Assembly: GCA_963727445.1 (NCBI GenBank)
Contig: CAVSGI010000021.1
Location: forward strand, 128,001-192,000
Reading direction: 5' to 3'
Length of the DNA: 64,000 bases
Origin: an uncultured delta proteobacterium
GTDB taxonomy: Bacteria > Myxococcota_A > Polyangia > Polyangiales > B10-G4
The position numbers were made by a program, and so were the translations under genes. Positions 40,896 through 50,728 of the stretch are shown piece after piece (the first letter of the stretch is position 1; each line of letters starts with the position of its first letter). Under the pieces are notes generated by a model, which made no database searches, was not told the origin of the DNA, and saw nothing but the letters and a program-made list of their open reading frames with translations.

Positions 40896-42371
40896 TCAGA
40901 GGAGGGCGCCTGCGACGGTGGCGGTCATGCAGGCCGCGAGCGTACCGCCGATCATCGCTCGCATGCCGAGCTTGGCGATGTCGTGGCGGCGCTCGGGCGC
41001 GATCCCTCCGATGCCGCCGATCTGAATGGCGATGGAGCCGAAATTGGCGAAGCCGCAGAGCGCATAGGTGGCGATCACCACCGAGCGGTAGCTCAGTCCG
41101 CTCCCTTCGCGGAGCAGGTCGCTCAGATGCGCGTAAGCGACGAATTCGTTGAGGACCAACTTCTCCCCCAGGAGCGTCGCGATCTGCGCGCAGTCCTGAA
41201 ACGGCACGCCCATCACGAAAGCCAGGGGCCAGAAGACCCAGCCGAGGACCATCTCCATGGTGACGACCGGCACGACGTCGTAGCCGACGGCCCAGTTGAG
41301 CGCGACGAAGGGGAGCCCGAGGAGGAAGTTCGCCAGCGCCACCAGCGCGATGAACGCCAAGAGCATCGCCGCGACGTTGAGCGCCAGCTGAAGACCCTCG
41401 CCTGCACCCCGCGCCGCCGCGTCGATGAAGTTCGCGTCGATCTTGTCGACCTTCAGCTGAGCGCCGGCGGCGGTCGGCGACTCCTCGGTCTCCGGCATCA
41501 TCACCTTCGAGACGACCATGGCCGCGGGGGCGCTCATGACGCTCGCCGCGATCAAGTGACCCGCCATGTCCGAAAAGACGCCTTCGAACATCTTCACGTA
41601 GGCCGCCAGCACGCCGCCCGCCACCGTCGCGAAGCCGCCCACCATCACCGCGTGGAGCTCCGAGCGCGTCATCTCGCCGACGAAGGGCTTCACCATCAGC
41701 GGTGCCTCGGTCTGGCCGACGAAGATGTTGGCCGCGACCGAGAGGGTCTCGCTCCCGCTGGTGCCCATGGTCTTCTGCATGGCCCAGGCGATGCCGGCGA
41801 CCAGCTTCTGCATCACGCCGAGGTGGTAGAGCACCGCCATCAGCGACGAGAAGAAGATGATGGTGGGAAGGACGCCGAAGGCGAAGGTGACCAGCCAGCC
41901 CGACGCCTGTCCGGTGAGGTTGCGGAAGATGAACTCGGAGCCCTCGGCGGTGAAGCCGAGGAGCTTCATCACCGCCGTGTTCAGACCTTCGAAGATCGTC
42001 CGGCCGACGCTGGTCTTGAGCACGAAGAGCCCGAAGAGGATCTGGAGCGAGAGCCCCCACCCGATCACGCGCCACGGGACCTTCTTCCGGTTCGTCGAGG
42101 CGAGCCAGCCGAGCGCCACGATGGCCAACAGGCCCACGAGGGACAGGGCGCGCTGATACCAGGGCACTGGCTGGGCGCGCTCGCGGATGTCGCTCAGCGC
42201 CATCGCTTCGTTTTCGCCGGCCTCTCGCTGGGCCTCTTCGACCGCCGCCGCATCACCGCTGTCGGTCTCGGCGGTGGTCACACTCTGCTCGTCCTCCTGG
42301 GCGGCGGCGGGCCCGGGAGCGAAGCTCGAAAAAATCGCCGCGACCAACAGCGTCGCGGCGATTCGAATCAC
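40896..42371 (-). CDS. nupC: Concentrative nucleoside transporter (CNT/NupC family) with N-terminal extension
   Basis: LPTIIFFSSL, ANIFVGQTEAPL, GGFATVAGG, NEFVAY, CGFANFGSI. Confidence 0.9.
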   Translation of the reverse strand: MIRIAATLLVAAIFSSFAPGPAAAQEDEQSVTTAETDSGDAAAVEEAQREAGENEAMALSDIRERAQPVPWYQRALSLVGLLAIVALGWLASTNRKKVPWRVIGWGLSLQILFGLFVLKTSVGRTIFEGLNTAVMKLLGFTAEGSEFIFRNLTGQASGWLVTFAFGVLPTIIFFSSLMAVLYHLGVMQKLVAGIAWAMQKTMGTSGSETLSVAANIFVGQTEAPLMVKPFVGEMTRSELHAVMVGGFATVAGGVLAAYVKMFEGVFSDMAGHLIAASVMSAPAAMVVSKVMMPETEESPTAAGAQLKVDKIDANFIDAAARGAGEGLQLALNVAAMLLAFIALVALANFLLGLPFVALNWAVGYDVVPVVTMEMVLGWVFWPLAFVMGVPFQDCAQIATLLGEKLVLNEFVAYAHLSDLLREGSGLSYRSVVIATYALCGFANFGSIAIQIGGIGGIAPERRHDIAKLGMRAMIGGTLAACMTATVAGALL

Positions 42372-42393
42372 GATGGTGCGTGCCAGTGGAGCC

Positions 42394-44181
42394 TCAGGCG
42401 CCTTCGTACATCGACTCGATCTCGTCGGAGAAGTGCTCGTAGACCTTCTTGCGCTTCACCTTGAGGGTGGGCGTGAGCTCTCCGTCCTCGATCGTCAGAT
42501 TGCGAGCGAGGATCTTGAACTTCTTGATCTGCTCGACGCGTGCGAACTCGCTGTTGGTGCTGTCCACCGCCTTCTGCACCTCGTCGATGACCTTCTGACT
42601 CTCGTGCAGCGAGTCGCTGCCGTTGAGTCCGTTGTCCTTTGCCCAGGAGACGACGGCTTCTGGGTCGAGGGTGACGAGACAGGAGAGGTACTTGCGCTGG
42701 TCGCCGATCACCACCGCCTCGTTGATGAGCGGATGGTTCTTCAGCGACGCCTCGATGTTCTTGGGGGCGATGTTCTTCCCGCCGGCGGTGATCAGGATGT
42801 CCTTCTTGCGGCCGGTGATGTGGAGGAACCCTCGCTCGTCGATCTTCCCGAGGTCGCCGGAGTGCAGCCAGCCGTCGATCAGCGTCTCGTTGGTCGCTTC
42901 TTCGTCTCGGAGGTAGCCGAGGAAGACGTTTGGTCCCTTCACCAGGATCTCTTCGTCCCCAGCGATCTTCACTTCGCAACCGGGCAGAGGCGGGCCGACC
43001 GTGCCGAACTGGAACTTGTCGGGTCGGTTGAAGGACGTGGGGCCCGTGTCCTCGGACTGGCCGTAGACCTCGAGGACGACGAGGTCGAGGTGGGCGAAGA
43101 ACTCGAGGATCTCGCGGCTGATCGGCGCCGCACCACTCACGCAGGCCCGGGCGTTCCCGAGGCCGATGGCGGGCTTGAGCTTCGAGAAGATCAGCCTCTT
43201 GGCCATGTCGTACTGCCACGCCAGAAAGCCCGTCGGCTCACCCTTGCCCGCCATCCGCTGGAGGTTGACCTCCCACGAGACCCCCATCGCCCAATCGACG
43301 AGCATCTTCTTGATACCTGTGGCCTCGGCCAGCTTCGCGCTGATGCCGCTGTGGAACTTCTCCCAGATGCGCGGCACGCCGAAGAAGACCGTCGGCTGAA
43401 CCTCCTTGAGGTTGTCCGGCACCTTCGGGATCGACTCGGCGAAGTACACGCGTGAGCCGCTGGTGATTGGCCCGTGGATCGTGAACATCTGCTCGGCGAT
43501 GTGCGAGAGCGGAAGGTAGCTCAGGCTCGTGTCCTGGTTGGACATGCCGACCAGATCCCTGGCGGTGTCCGCCGTCCAGGTGAGGTTCATGTGCGAGAGC
43601 ATCACGCCCTTGGGCGGGCCGGTGGTCCCCGAGGTGTAGATGAGCGTGGCGAGCTCGTCGGGCTCGAGCGCATCGACGCGCTCGTCGACCTTGGCGTCGA
43701 GGATTCCGTCGCCCTGCGCCAGGAACTCCTCCCAGCTCATGACCAGGTCGTCGCCGATCTTCGGCGCGCCCTTCATCATCACCACGTGCTTCAGGTTCGG
43801 GAGGTTGTCGCGCTGCTCCTTCACCTTCTCCCACTGCCCCTCGTCCTCGAGCAGGACGATGGGGGCCCCGGCGTGGTCGATGATGTACTGGACCTCGACC
43901 GGTGAGCAGGTGGTGTAGATGCCGGCGCCCGCGCCCCCGACGGCCATCGTCGCCAGGTCCATGATCACCCACTCGGGGCGATTGAAGCCGAGGATGCAGC
44001 CGGTCTGGCCCTTCTGGAAGCCGAGCTTGAGGAGCGCCTTGGCGGCCTGACGAACCTCGCTGGCGTAGGTCTTCCAATTGGTCGACTTCCAGCGACCCCC
44101 CTCGCGCACGTAATAGGCGGGCTCGTTCGGCCGGAGCTTGGCCTGTTTGAAGAGGCGGGACGGAATGCTTTCGAATGTCAC
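42394..44181 (-). CDS. Long-chain fatty acid-CoA ligase (FadD15-like)
   Basis: YTSGTTGPPKG, YGQSE, WLHSGDLG, GRKKD, ELTPTLK. Confidence 0.92.
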   Translation of the reverse strand: MTFESIPSRLFKQAKLRPNEPAYYVREGGRWKSTNWKTYASEVRQAAKALLKLGFQKGQTGCILGFNRPEWVIMDLATMAVGGAGAGIYTTCSPVEVQYIIDHAGAPIVLLEDEGQWEKVKEQRDNLPNLKHVVMMKGAPKIGDDLVMSWEEFLAQGDGILDAKVDERVDALEPDELATLIYTSGTTGPPKGVMLSHMNLTWTADTARDLVGMSNQDTSLSYLPLSHIAEQMFTIHGPITSGSRVYFAESIPKVPDNLKEVQPTVFFGVPRIWEKFHSGISAKLAEATGIKKMLVDWAMGVSWEVNLQRMAGKGEPTGFLAWQYDMAKRLIFSKLKPAIGLGNARACVSGAAPISREILEFFAHLDLVVLEVYGQSEDTGPTSFNRPDKFQFGTVGPPLPGCEVKIAGDEEILVKGPNVFLGYLRDEEATNETLIDGWLHSGDLGKIDERGFLHITGRKKDILITAGGKNIAPKNIEASLKNHPLINEAVVIGDQRKYLSCLVTLDPEAVVSWAKDNGLNGSDSLHESQKVIDEVQKAVDSTNSEFARVEQIKKFKILARNLTIEDGELTPTLKVKRKKVYEHFSDEIESMYEGA

Positions 44182-44267
44182 GGTCTTTCCTCCAGGAACG
44201 ACACTTCTTCAGCAGCGGCGGGAGTTTACCCGAGGGGCGGCCGGTGTCATAGTGCCCCCCCGATTCC

Positions 44268-44357
44268 GGAGGAGTGGCCGAGTGGTCGAAGGCGGCGGAT
44301 TTGAAATCCGCTGAGCTCGCAAGGGCTCCAGGGGTTCGAATCCCTTCTCCTCCGCCA
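44268..44357 (+). tRNA. tRNA-Ser(TGA)
   Basis: Anticodon arm gcgga-ttTGAaa-tccgc; long variable arm; GGTTCGAATCC; encoded CCA. Confidence 0.96.
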
Positions 44358-44393
44358 GTCAGAAGGCCTCAACAGGGCAGGGAGCGAGAGACC

Positions 44394-45302
44394 ATGAGCG
44401 AAGCGGTCGAGAAGATCCTCGAGAACTACGCCGGCGAGAACCCCGGCGTCATCGGCAACCTCCGTCGGTTGATGAACACCGGCACCCTCGCGGGGACCGG
44501 CAAGATGGTGATCCTTCCGGTCGACCAGGGCTTCGAGCACGGCCCCGCCCGTAGCTTCCAGCCCAACCCCGCGGGCTACGATCCGGGCTATCACCCGCGC
44601 CTCGCGGTGGAATCGGGCTGCAACGGCTACGCGGCGCCGCTCGGTTTCATCGAGGCGATCGCCCACGAGTTCGCTGGTGAGATCCCACTGATCCTCAAGG
44701 TCAACAACAGCGATTCCCTCGGCGATCCCGGCCAGCCCTGCTCGGCGCTGACATCGGCCGTCGACGACGCGGTGCGCCTCGGCTGCTCGGCGATCGGCTT
44801 CACCATCTATCCCGGCAGCGGCTTGCGCAACGAGATGTACGCGCAGATCCGCGACCTCATCCGCGACGCGCGCAAGGTCGGTCTGCCGACCGTCCTCTGG
44901 GCCTACGCTCGCGGCGGCGAGATGTCGAAGGAGGGCGAGACCGCGATCGACGTGATCGCCTATGCGGCGCAGATCGCCTGCCAGCTCGGCGCGCACGTGG
45001 TGAAGGTCAAGCCGCCCACCGAGCACGTGTGGCTCCCAGCGGCGAAGAGCAGCTACGAGAACATTCCTGTCGGTACGCTCGAGGAGCGGATCCGCCACGT
45101 GGTGCAGTCCTCCTTCGACGGCCGCCGCATCGTCATCTTCTCCGGTGGGGCCTCCAAGGGTCGCGACGCGGTGCTCGACGACATTCGCGCCATCCACGCC
45201 GGCGGCGGCTTCGGCTCCATCGTCGGCCGCAACGCCTTCCAGCGCAGCCACGAAGACGGCCTGTCGCTCCTGCGCGACATCATGGCCATCTACAAGGGCT
45301 AA
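44394..45302 (+). CDS. fbaB: Class I fructose-bisphosphate aldolase (DhnA/FbaB family)
   Basis: ILPVDQGFEHGPARSF, GFTIYPGS, LWAYARG, VVKVKPP, GSIVGRNAFQR. Confidence 0.92.
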   Translation: MSEAVEKILENYAGENPGVIGNLRRLMNTGTLAGTGKMVILPVDQGFEHGPARSFQPNPAGYDPGYHPRLAVESGCNGYAAPLGFIEAIAHEFAGEIPLILKVNNSDSLGDPGQPCSALTSAVDDAVRLGCSAIGFTIYPGSGLRNEMYAQIRDLIRDARKVGLPTVLWAYARGGEMSKEGETAIDVIAYAAQIACQLGAHVVKVKPPTEHVWLPAAKSSYENIPVGTLEERIRHVVQSSFDGRRIVIFSGGASKGRDAVLDDIRAIHAGGGFGSIVGRNAFQRSHEDGLSLLRDIMAIYKG

Positions 45303-45382
45303 TCGCCCGCGTGGGCGTTGCCCCCGCTGTGGGGGCCGCTGCGCTCCGGTGTCGCTTCGCCTTTTGTGGGGCTGTGGGGCGC

Positions 45383-45979
45383 CTAGGCGAAGCGCCTGAG
45401 GGCGAAGCCGAGGAGCAGGACGCCGAAGAGGATGGGCATCAGCCCGGCTTCGCCGCCTGCGGAGGCGGCGCAGCTGGCGCAGCCGCCGCTGCGCTGCTCG
45501 AGCGGCGGGACCTCTGCCGGTGCGGGCGGGGGCTCCTCGGTGCCGCCGCTGGGGTTCACCGGGGTCACGCCAGCGCCCATGGCATCGATGTCGGCCGCGG
45601 CCTGATCGCTGTCGACGGGGCTCGTCCGGCTGCAGAGGCCGGTCCACTCCGAGTCGTCGTCGGACTGATAGGTGTAGACCAGGTAGCTCCGGCCGGTCTC
45701 GAAGCCATAGCCACAGGCGGCCGACTGCGCCTGCGTGCGGAGGGTGAAGGTCTCGGTGTCGGCGCCCTTCCAGGTGCGGACGACGGCCAGGGTCACGACC
45801 ACCGGACCTCCCTGCGGATGATCCATGGCGGTGACCCGCCCTTCGAACACGCTCGCGGCGGCGTCGAAGGCAGCTTCGCGCTCCTGCGCCATGCACGAGC
45901 ACGCGTGGACCGTCTCGGCAGGGACTGCCAAGCAGAGTGCGGCGACCAGGGAGATGAACGCGATAAAGCGTAGAGCCAT
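45383..45979 (-). CDS. TIMP-like (N-terminal CxC) secreted protein with MYXO-CTERM-like tail
   Basis: Signal peptide VHA-CSC; VFEGRV, ACGYGF..G.SYLVY, LCSRT; tail GGCASC-hydrophobic-RR. Confidence 0.75.
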   Translation of the reverse strand: MALRFIAFISLVAALCLAVPAETVHACSCMAQEREAAFDAAASVFEGRVTAMDHPQGGPVVVTLAVVRTWKGADTETFTLRTQAQSAACGYGFETGRSYLVYTYQSDDDSEWTGLCSRTSPVDSDQAAADIDAMGAGVTPVNPSGGTEEPPPAPAEVPPLEQRSGGCASCAASAGGEAGLMPILFGVLLLGFALRRFA

Positions 45980-46002
45980 GCGGTCTGTGGGCCCGACCTG
46001 CG

Positions 46003-46031
46003 TTGACAGGGGCCGGGGGCGCCGTTACATA
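46003..46031 (+). promoter_or_regulatory. Putative sigma70-type promoter for tRNA-Ser(GCT)
   Basis: Perfect TTGACA at 46003-46008; weak -10 candidate (TTACAT/TACATA) 16-17 bp downstream. Confidence 0.45.
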
Positions 46032-46116
46032 CACGCTCCCTCGACTCGGCGCACGCTGAAATCGAGGACCCCGGGGTCGGCTCCGGGGCAGCGCTTTCTT
46101 GAAAAATTACGTCGTT

Positions 46117-46205
<89 letters not shown>

Positions 46206-46333
46206 GTCCGAGGGCCGGAGGCACGCCATGGAGCGGCTTACCTCCTCGGCGCCTCCCTGCGACGTACCTTTGGTACGCCTCAGTCGGCGCCTGTGGGGGC
46301 GCTCGCTCCCTGACGCACCTCCGGCCCTCGGAC
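46206..46333. repeat. Long imperfect hairpin element, copy 1 (16-bp perfect terminal inverted repeat)
   Basis: gtccgagggccggagg ... cctccggccctcggac; interior homologous to 50388-50507. Confidence 0.85.
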
Positions 46334-46380
46334 CTGGGGACCTCCTGTGTGTTTCGGCGGAGGCACGCCATGGACGTTTC

Positions 46381-46406
46381 GGGGACGGTCTACACTTTTG
46401 TACTTT
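46381..46406 (+). repeat. Solo copy of the 19.5-kb REP-like repeat
   Basis: ggggacggtctacacttttgtacttt. Confidence 0.8.
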
Positions 46407-46463
46407 CGGGAGCGCGTCCTTGACCGAGGGCGCTTGGTGACTAAGCTCCGCCCTCCAGTCACT

Positions 46464-46540
46464 GGACCCGTAGCTCAACTGGATAGAGCAACGGTCTACG
46501 GAACCGTAGGTTAGAGGTTCGAATCCTCTCGGGTCCGCCA
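46464..46540 (+). tRNA. tRNA-Arg(ACG)
   Basis: Anticodon arm acggt-ctACGga-accgt; GGTTCGAATCC; encoded CCA. Confidence 0.96.
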
Positions 46541-46586
46541 AAGGCTCGGCCAACATGGTCGGGCCTTCGGTCGTTCTGGGGAGGCG

Positions 46587-48554
46587 TCATTCGGGATCGC
46601 AGAGCCCGTCGCAAAACGACTGGATGGTGCCGTCCCGCAGGTACGCCCCGACCTGCTGGCGCAGCGCGTCGATGGTCACGGCGGCGGCGTGCACGCCGTT
46701 GTCGGCTGGCAGCACCGTCCCCGGCTCGAGGGGATCGACACCGAGGTCGTACATCACCTGACCCGAAGCGTCTCCGTACGCCGCCGCGGGGACGTCGTAG
46801 GGCTCGTACACCGACGGCATCACGTGTCCGAAGCCCGCCACCCGCGCGAGATAGTCGCTTGTCACGTTGTTCACCAGCGCGTCGTTCAGCACCGTCGGCA
46901 AGAGCAGCTGCTTGTCGGGCGAGCCTGGAAGCGGTTCGCGCATGATCAGCGGCGCGAAGTTCGCGCCGTCGGCGAGATCCCAGAGCTGCGCTGTCATCGC
47001 CAGCATGATGTCGCGGTCGCGCTTGTTGGAATACGTGCCGTTGAGCGCCAGGTTGAACGGGAAGAAAGCGAAGGAGCGCGACATGAGCGTCGGCCAATGC
47101 GTGCCACCGATGATCAGCACGAAGCGCTGGATGTCGGGCGTGAGGGCGGCGAAGGTCGAGCCCAGCACCGAGCCGCCGCTGGTGCCGACGTAGTGAAGCG
47201 TGGCCTCGTCGATCACCGTCGCCCCGCCCACGTCCCACTCCGCGAGCGCGCGGCAGCCACCCTTGAAATTCCGCGCGAGAGTGAGGAAGTTCACCATCGC
47301 CTGCATCATCCGATCGGGGAGCTCGGCGAAGCGCGAGAACTCGCCGATCTCGTCGAAGAGAACCGAGGTGTCGGCGCTGCTGAAGCCCCACCAATCGGTC
47401 GCCACCGCCGCCATCCCGATGTCCTCGAAGAGCGGGGTGTAGGGGTGTTCCACTCGGATCCCGCCCTCGCCGTCGTCGAGCCCGATGTCCGGCGCCTCGC
47501 CGAGGAGGCCGTGTCCGAAGACCACCAGCGGCACCGGTTCGCTGGCGGCCATCGCGCTGTGCGGGATCGCCGCCACGAAACGCGCCGTGCCCATTCGCTG
47601 GAACACCGGCATCCCGTCCGCGTCCCGGACGATCCGCGCCCCCGGCTCCTCGCTCTCGGCGTAGAGCGGCACTTCGAAGGTCCCCGAGAAGCGCCGGTAC
47701 AGATACGTGTGGCCGAAGTCGGTCTCCACCGTGTCCACCGTGCACTCGGTTCCGCCATCGCCGATACGCGACAGCGCGTCTTCCCGCATCGCCCGCAGAT
47801 CCCGGCGCGCCCGCGCCGCGGTGCCGGTGCGAAAGTCCCACGCCTCGATCAGGTCGCCCCGCGTGATCCCGGCGCTCGTCAGGAACCCGAAGATCTCCTC
47901 GAAGTGCGCGCGCCTCGCTTCGAGCTCGTCGACGCTGGTCTCGTCGGTGTCGCGCAGCGCCGCGAAGTAGGCGCTCGGCTGAACCGCCGTTCCGTCCTGG
48001 TAGGTGAGCCCGCGGATCGCCACCGCGTAGCGGCGATCCTCTTCGAGGGGTCGGATGGGTCGCAGATACAGGGTGCTCCGCATGGGATCGGCGCCGCCCC
48101 ACGCGTCGATCTCCGCCATGTGTGCCACGCGCTCGCCGGTGACGGTATCGAGGAGAACCGTCGGCGAGTCCGCCGCGAGGCTCGCGCCGATGTCGTCCTG
48201 GCCAGCGAGCGTGGAGGTATCGAGGACGCCGCCGTCCACCGCGGTCGCGATGGGTGTGTTCCGGCTGAAGCCGTCGAACTGTGAATAGGGGGCCGGGTCG
48301 ACGTGGACACCCATCCGATCGGCGAGCATCGCGCCGGTGGGGATCTCGATCCTCCATCCGGTCGCGGTCGCTGGATCCTGCGTCAGGTAGCGGCTCGAGG
48401 GCCAGGGCGCCATGCAGCTGCCCGGATTGAGGTTTTCGCACTCGGGCCGGCGCACGTCGATGGCCGGGGTCGCCCCGTCGCCTGGCGCGTCGTCCTCGCC
48501 GCAGGACGACAGAGCGGCCACGATCGAGACGAGGACGACCCAAAGCGTTCGCAT
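46587..48554 (-). CDS. Lipoprotein with alpha/beta-hydrolase (lipase-like) domain
   Basis: Lipobox LSS-C; PWPS, DGFS, RPIRPL N-domain; FGHGLLG and YVGTSGG nucleophile elbow. Confidence 0.7.
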   Translation of the reverse strand: MRTLWVVLVSIVAALSSCGEDDAPGDGATPAIDVRRPECENLNPGSCMAPWPSSRYLTQDPATATGWRIEIPTGAMLADRMGVHVDPAPYSQFDGFSRNTPIATAVDGGVLDTSTLAGQDDIGASLAADSPTVLLDTVTGERVAHMAEIDAWGGADPMRSTLYLRPIRPLEEDRRYAVAIRGLTYQDGTAVQPSAYFAALRDTDETSVDELEARRAHFEEIFGFLTSAGITRGDLIEAWDFRTGTAARARRDLRAMREDALSRIGDGGTECTVDTVETDFGHTYLYRRFSGTFEVPLYAESEEPGARIVRDADGMPVFQRMGTARFVAAIPHSAMAASEPVPLVVFGHGLLGEAPDIGLDDGEGGIRVEHPYTPLFEDIGMAAVATDWWGFSSADTSVLFDEIGEFSRFAELPDRMMQAMVNFLTLARNFKGGCRALAEWDVGGATVIDEATLHYVGTSGGSVLGSTFAALTPDIQRFVLIIGGTHWPTLMSRSFAFFPFNLALNGTYSNKRDRDIMLAMTAQLWDLADGANFAPLIMREPLPGSPDKQLLLPTVLNDALVNNVTSDYLARVAGFGHVMPSVYEPYDVPAAAYGDASGQVMYDLGVDPLEPGTVLPADNGVHAAAVTIDALRQQVGAYLRDGTIQSFCDGLCDPE

Positions 48555-48625
48555 CGGAGGCGACGTTAGCCGCCGGTTGGTAGCGGCGCCAGGCGTCGAG
48601 CCCAGCGTGTGCTAGGCCTCGTCGC

Positions 48626-49300
48626 ATGCGACCCACCCGAGCGCTCGCCGACCTGCTCGCGTCGCGCCTGGTCCCCGCGCGCTTCATGGCGTCGCAGCTG
48701 CGCCGACCCTCCGGTCCCTTCGGACGTTGGCTCCTGGCGCGGGGGCTCAACCGAGGCAACGCGGCCCAGATCGAAGCGACCCTCGACGCGCTGTCCCTCG
48801 GTGCGAATGACGCCCTTCTCGACGTCGGCTTCGGCGGTGGCCACGCGCTCCGCGTGGCTTCGACGCGCACCACCGGCGCGCTCTACGGCGCCGACTTCTC
48901 GCCGGACATGGTCGCGCGCGCACATCGCGCCCTCGGCGACCTCTGCGCCGCGGGACGTCTCGACCTCTTCGCCGCCGACGTCACGCGCATGCCGCTCCGC
49001 GACGCCCTGGTCGACGCGATCATCACGACGAATACGATCTACTTCTGGCCGGATCTCCCTGGCGCGCTGGGCGAGCTGTGGCGCATCCTCGCGCCCCAAG
49101 GCCGCATCGCCTTCGGCTACTCCGGTCGCGACAAGATGGCGAGCTTCTCCAACATCACGAGGCACGGCTTCGAGACCTTCGAGCCGGCCGACCTCGAGCG
49201 CCCGCTCGCGAACGCGGGATTCGAGAGGATCGAGACCCTCGCCCTCGACGGTGAGCTCACCCGCGGCGACTACGTGACCATCGCCCGCCGGCCGTCCTGA
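48626..49300 (+). CDS. Class I SAM-dependent methyltransferase
   Basis: QLRRPSG, LDVGFGGG, GADFSPDM, NTIYFW. Confidence 0.88.
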   Translation: MRPTRALADLLASRLVPARFMASQLRRPSGPFGRWLLARGLNRGNAAQIEATLDALSLGANDALLDVGFGGGHALRVASTRTTGALYGADFSPDMVARAHRALGDLCAAGRLDLFAADVTRMPLRDALVDAIITTNTIYFWPDLPGALGELWRILAPQGRIAFGYSGRDKMASFSNITRHGFETFEPADLERPLANAGFERIETLALDGELTRGDYVTIARRPS

Positions 49301-49389
49301 GCGCGCCAAAGCGGGCGGACGCCTCGCGGTCAGCGAGGCGAACACGGGCCTCGACCGTCGGCCCGTCCTGGGTCAAGGTGCCGCCCTCG

Positions 49390-49851
49390 ATGGATCGCGA
49401 CGAGCTCTTCATGCACGAGGCGCTGTTCGAGGCGCGGAAGGCCGAGGCGCGGGGGGAGGTTCCGGTCGGCGCGGTGATCGTCCGGGGCGACGAGATCATC
49501 GCGCGCGGTCACAACCTCCGCGAGACCTCGCAGGATCCGTCGGCGCACGCGGAGCTCATCGCGATGCGCGCGGCCGCTGCGCGTCTGGGCACCTTCCGCC
49601 TCGAGGAGACGACGTGCTACGTGACCCTCGAGCCGTGCCCGATGTGCGCGGGCGCGCTGGTGAACGCGCGGGTTCCGCGGGTGGTCTACGGGGCGGACGA
49701 TCCGAAGGCGGGCGCCACCAAGTCGCTCTACGCGATCGGGACCGATGGGCGCCTGAACCACACCTTCGAGCTCCGCGGGGGCGTGCTCTCGGAGGAGTGC
49801 GGAGCGCTCCTGTCGACCTTCTTTGCCGCGATCCGGAAACGCCGCCGCTGA
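49390..49851 (+). CDS. tadA: tRNA adenosine(34) deaminase
   Basis: GEVPVGAV, AHAE, TLEPCPMCAGA, DPKAGA, LNH. Confidence 0.95.
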   Translation: MDRDELFMHEALFEARKAEARGEVPVGAVIVRGDEIIARGHNLRETSQDPSAHAELIAMRAAAARLGTFRLEETTCYVTLEPCPMCAGALVNARVPRVVYGADDPKAGATKSLYAIGTDGRLNHTFELRGGVLSEECGALLSTFFAAIRKRRR

Positions 49852-49894
49852 GGCGAGGCCGGGCCTGGGCCAGGGGGATTCGTAACCCCCGGCG

Positions 49895-49952
49895 TTGACA
49901 GGGTTTTCTCGGGTGATTACGCCGTTGACACCCCTTGGCCGTCTGCTAGAAC
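49895..49952 (+). promoter_or_regulatory. Putative (tandem) sigma70-type promoters for the tRNA-Ser/SRP cluster
   Basis: TTGACA at 49895 and 49925; TAGAAC at 49947-49952 just before the tRNA. Confidence 0.5.
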
Positions 49953-49959
49953 GCGCGGC

Positions 49960-50049
49960 GGAGAGCTGGCCGAGTGGTCGAAGGCGCTTGATTCGAAATC
50001 AAGTGTACTCGCAAGGGTACCGTGGGTTCGAATCCCACGCTCTCCGCCA
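49960..50049 (+). tRNA. tRNA-Ser(CGA)
   Basis: Anticodon arm cttga-ttCGAaa-tcaag; long variable arm; encoded CCA. Confidence 0.96.
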
Positions 50050-50150
50050 AGGTTCTTTGCACAACTGAGCGGCGCGAGGAGGCGGCACCTCTTCGGCGAA
50101 AAAGCGGCGCGGCGCCTTCAGGCGACGCAGCGCTGGACTGCCGAAGAGAT

Positions 50151-50239
<89 letters not shown>

Positions 50240-50273
50240 GAATGTTTTCGCGGCTGAATCGCGCCGCGCTTAT

Positions 50274-50353
50274 GGTCCTGCCAACGCTGGCCCATCAACC
50301 CCGCCAGGCCCGGAAGGGAGCAACGGTCGTGGATCCCAGCGTGTGGCGGGACC
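50274..50353 (+). ncRNA. ffs: Signal recognition particle RNA (4.5S)
   Basis: Domain IV ccgCCAGGcccGGAAgggAGCAacgg inside a long stem ggtcctgcca...tggcgggacc; true ends may extend further. Confidence 0.9.
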
Positions 50354-50387
50354 TTCTTAATCTCAGTGGTTGGGGATCTGGCGTGAC

Positions 50388-50507
50388 GTCGGCGCCAGGG
50401 CACGTCATCGAGCGGCTTGCCTCCTCGGGCCCTGCCTCCAAGTACGGGTGTACGTGTCGGCCGGGCCCTGCGGGGGCGCTCGCTCGCTGACGCACCCTGA
50501 CGCCGAC
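50388..50507. repeat. Long imperfect hairpin element, copy 2
   Basis: gtcggcgccaggg ... ccctgacgccgac; interior homologous to 46206-46333. Confidence 0.85.
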
Positions 50508-50535
50508 TCCTGGCGAGTCGATTTTTCGGTGGCTC

Positions 50536-50665
50536 TCAGGCTGCGCGGTCGTGAACTTGGAGGTCGGTGACGCCGAGCTCGGAGAGCATTGCGCGGGCTC
50601 GCTGGGCGTCGGGCTTGGATCCGTGCACGAAGAGGAGGAATTTGCCGGCCTCGAGGCTCGTCTTC
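50536..50665 (-). pseudogene. Start-less 3' gene remnant (general stress/DUF1269-like C-terminus)
   Basis: Translates KTSLEAGKFLLFVHGSKPDAQRARAMLSELGVTDLQVHDRAA-stop with genome-like codons; no plausible start upstream. Confidence 0.45.
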
Positions 50666-50728
50666 GCCGGCGCGCCTTCGAGCTGGCGGCCCCGCCGATC
50701 ACGGAGCTCGATGGTCTTGCGCGGCGTC

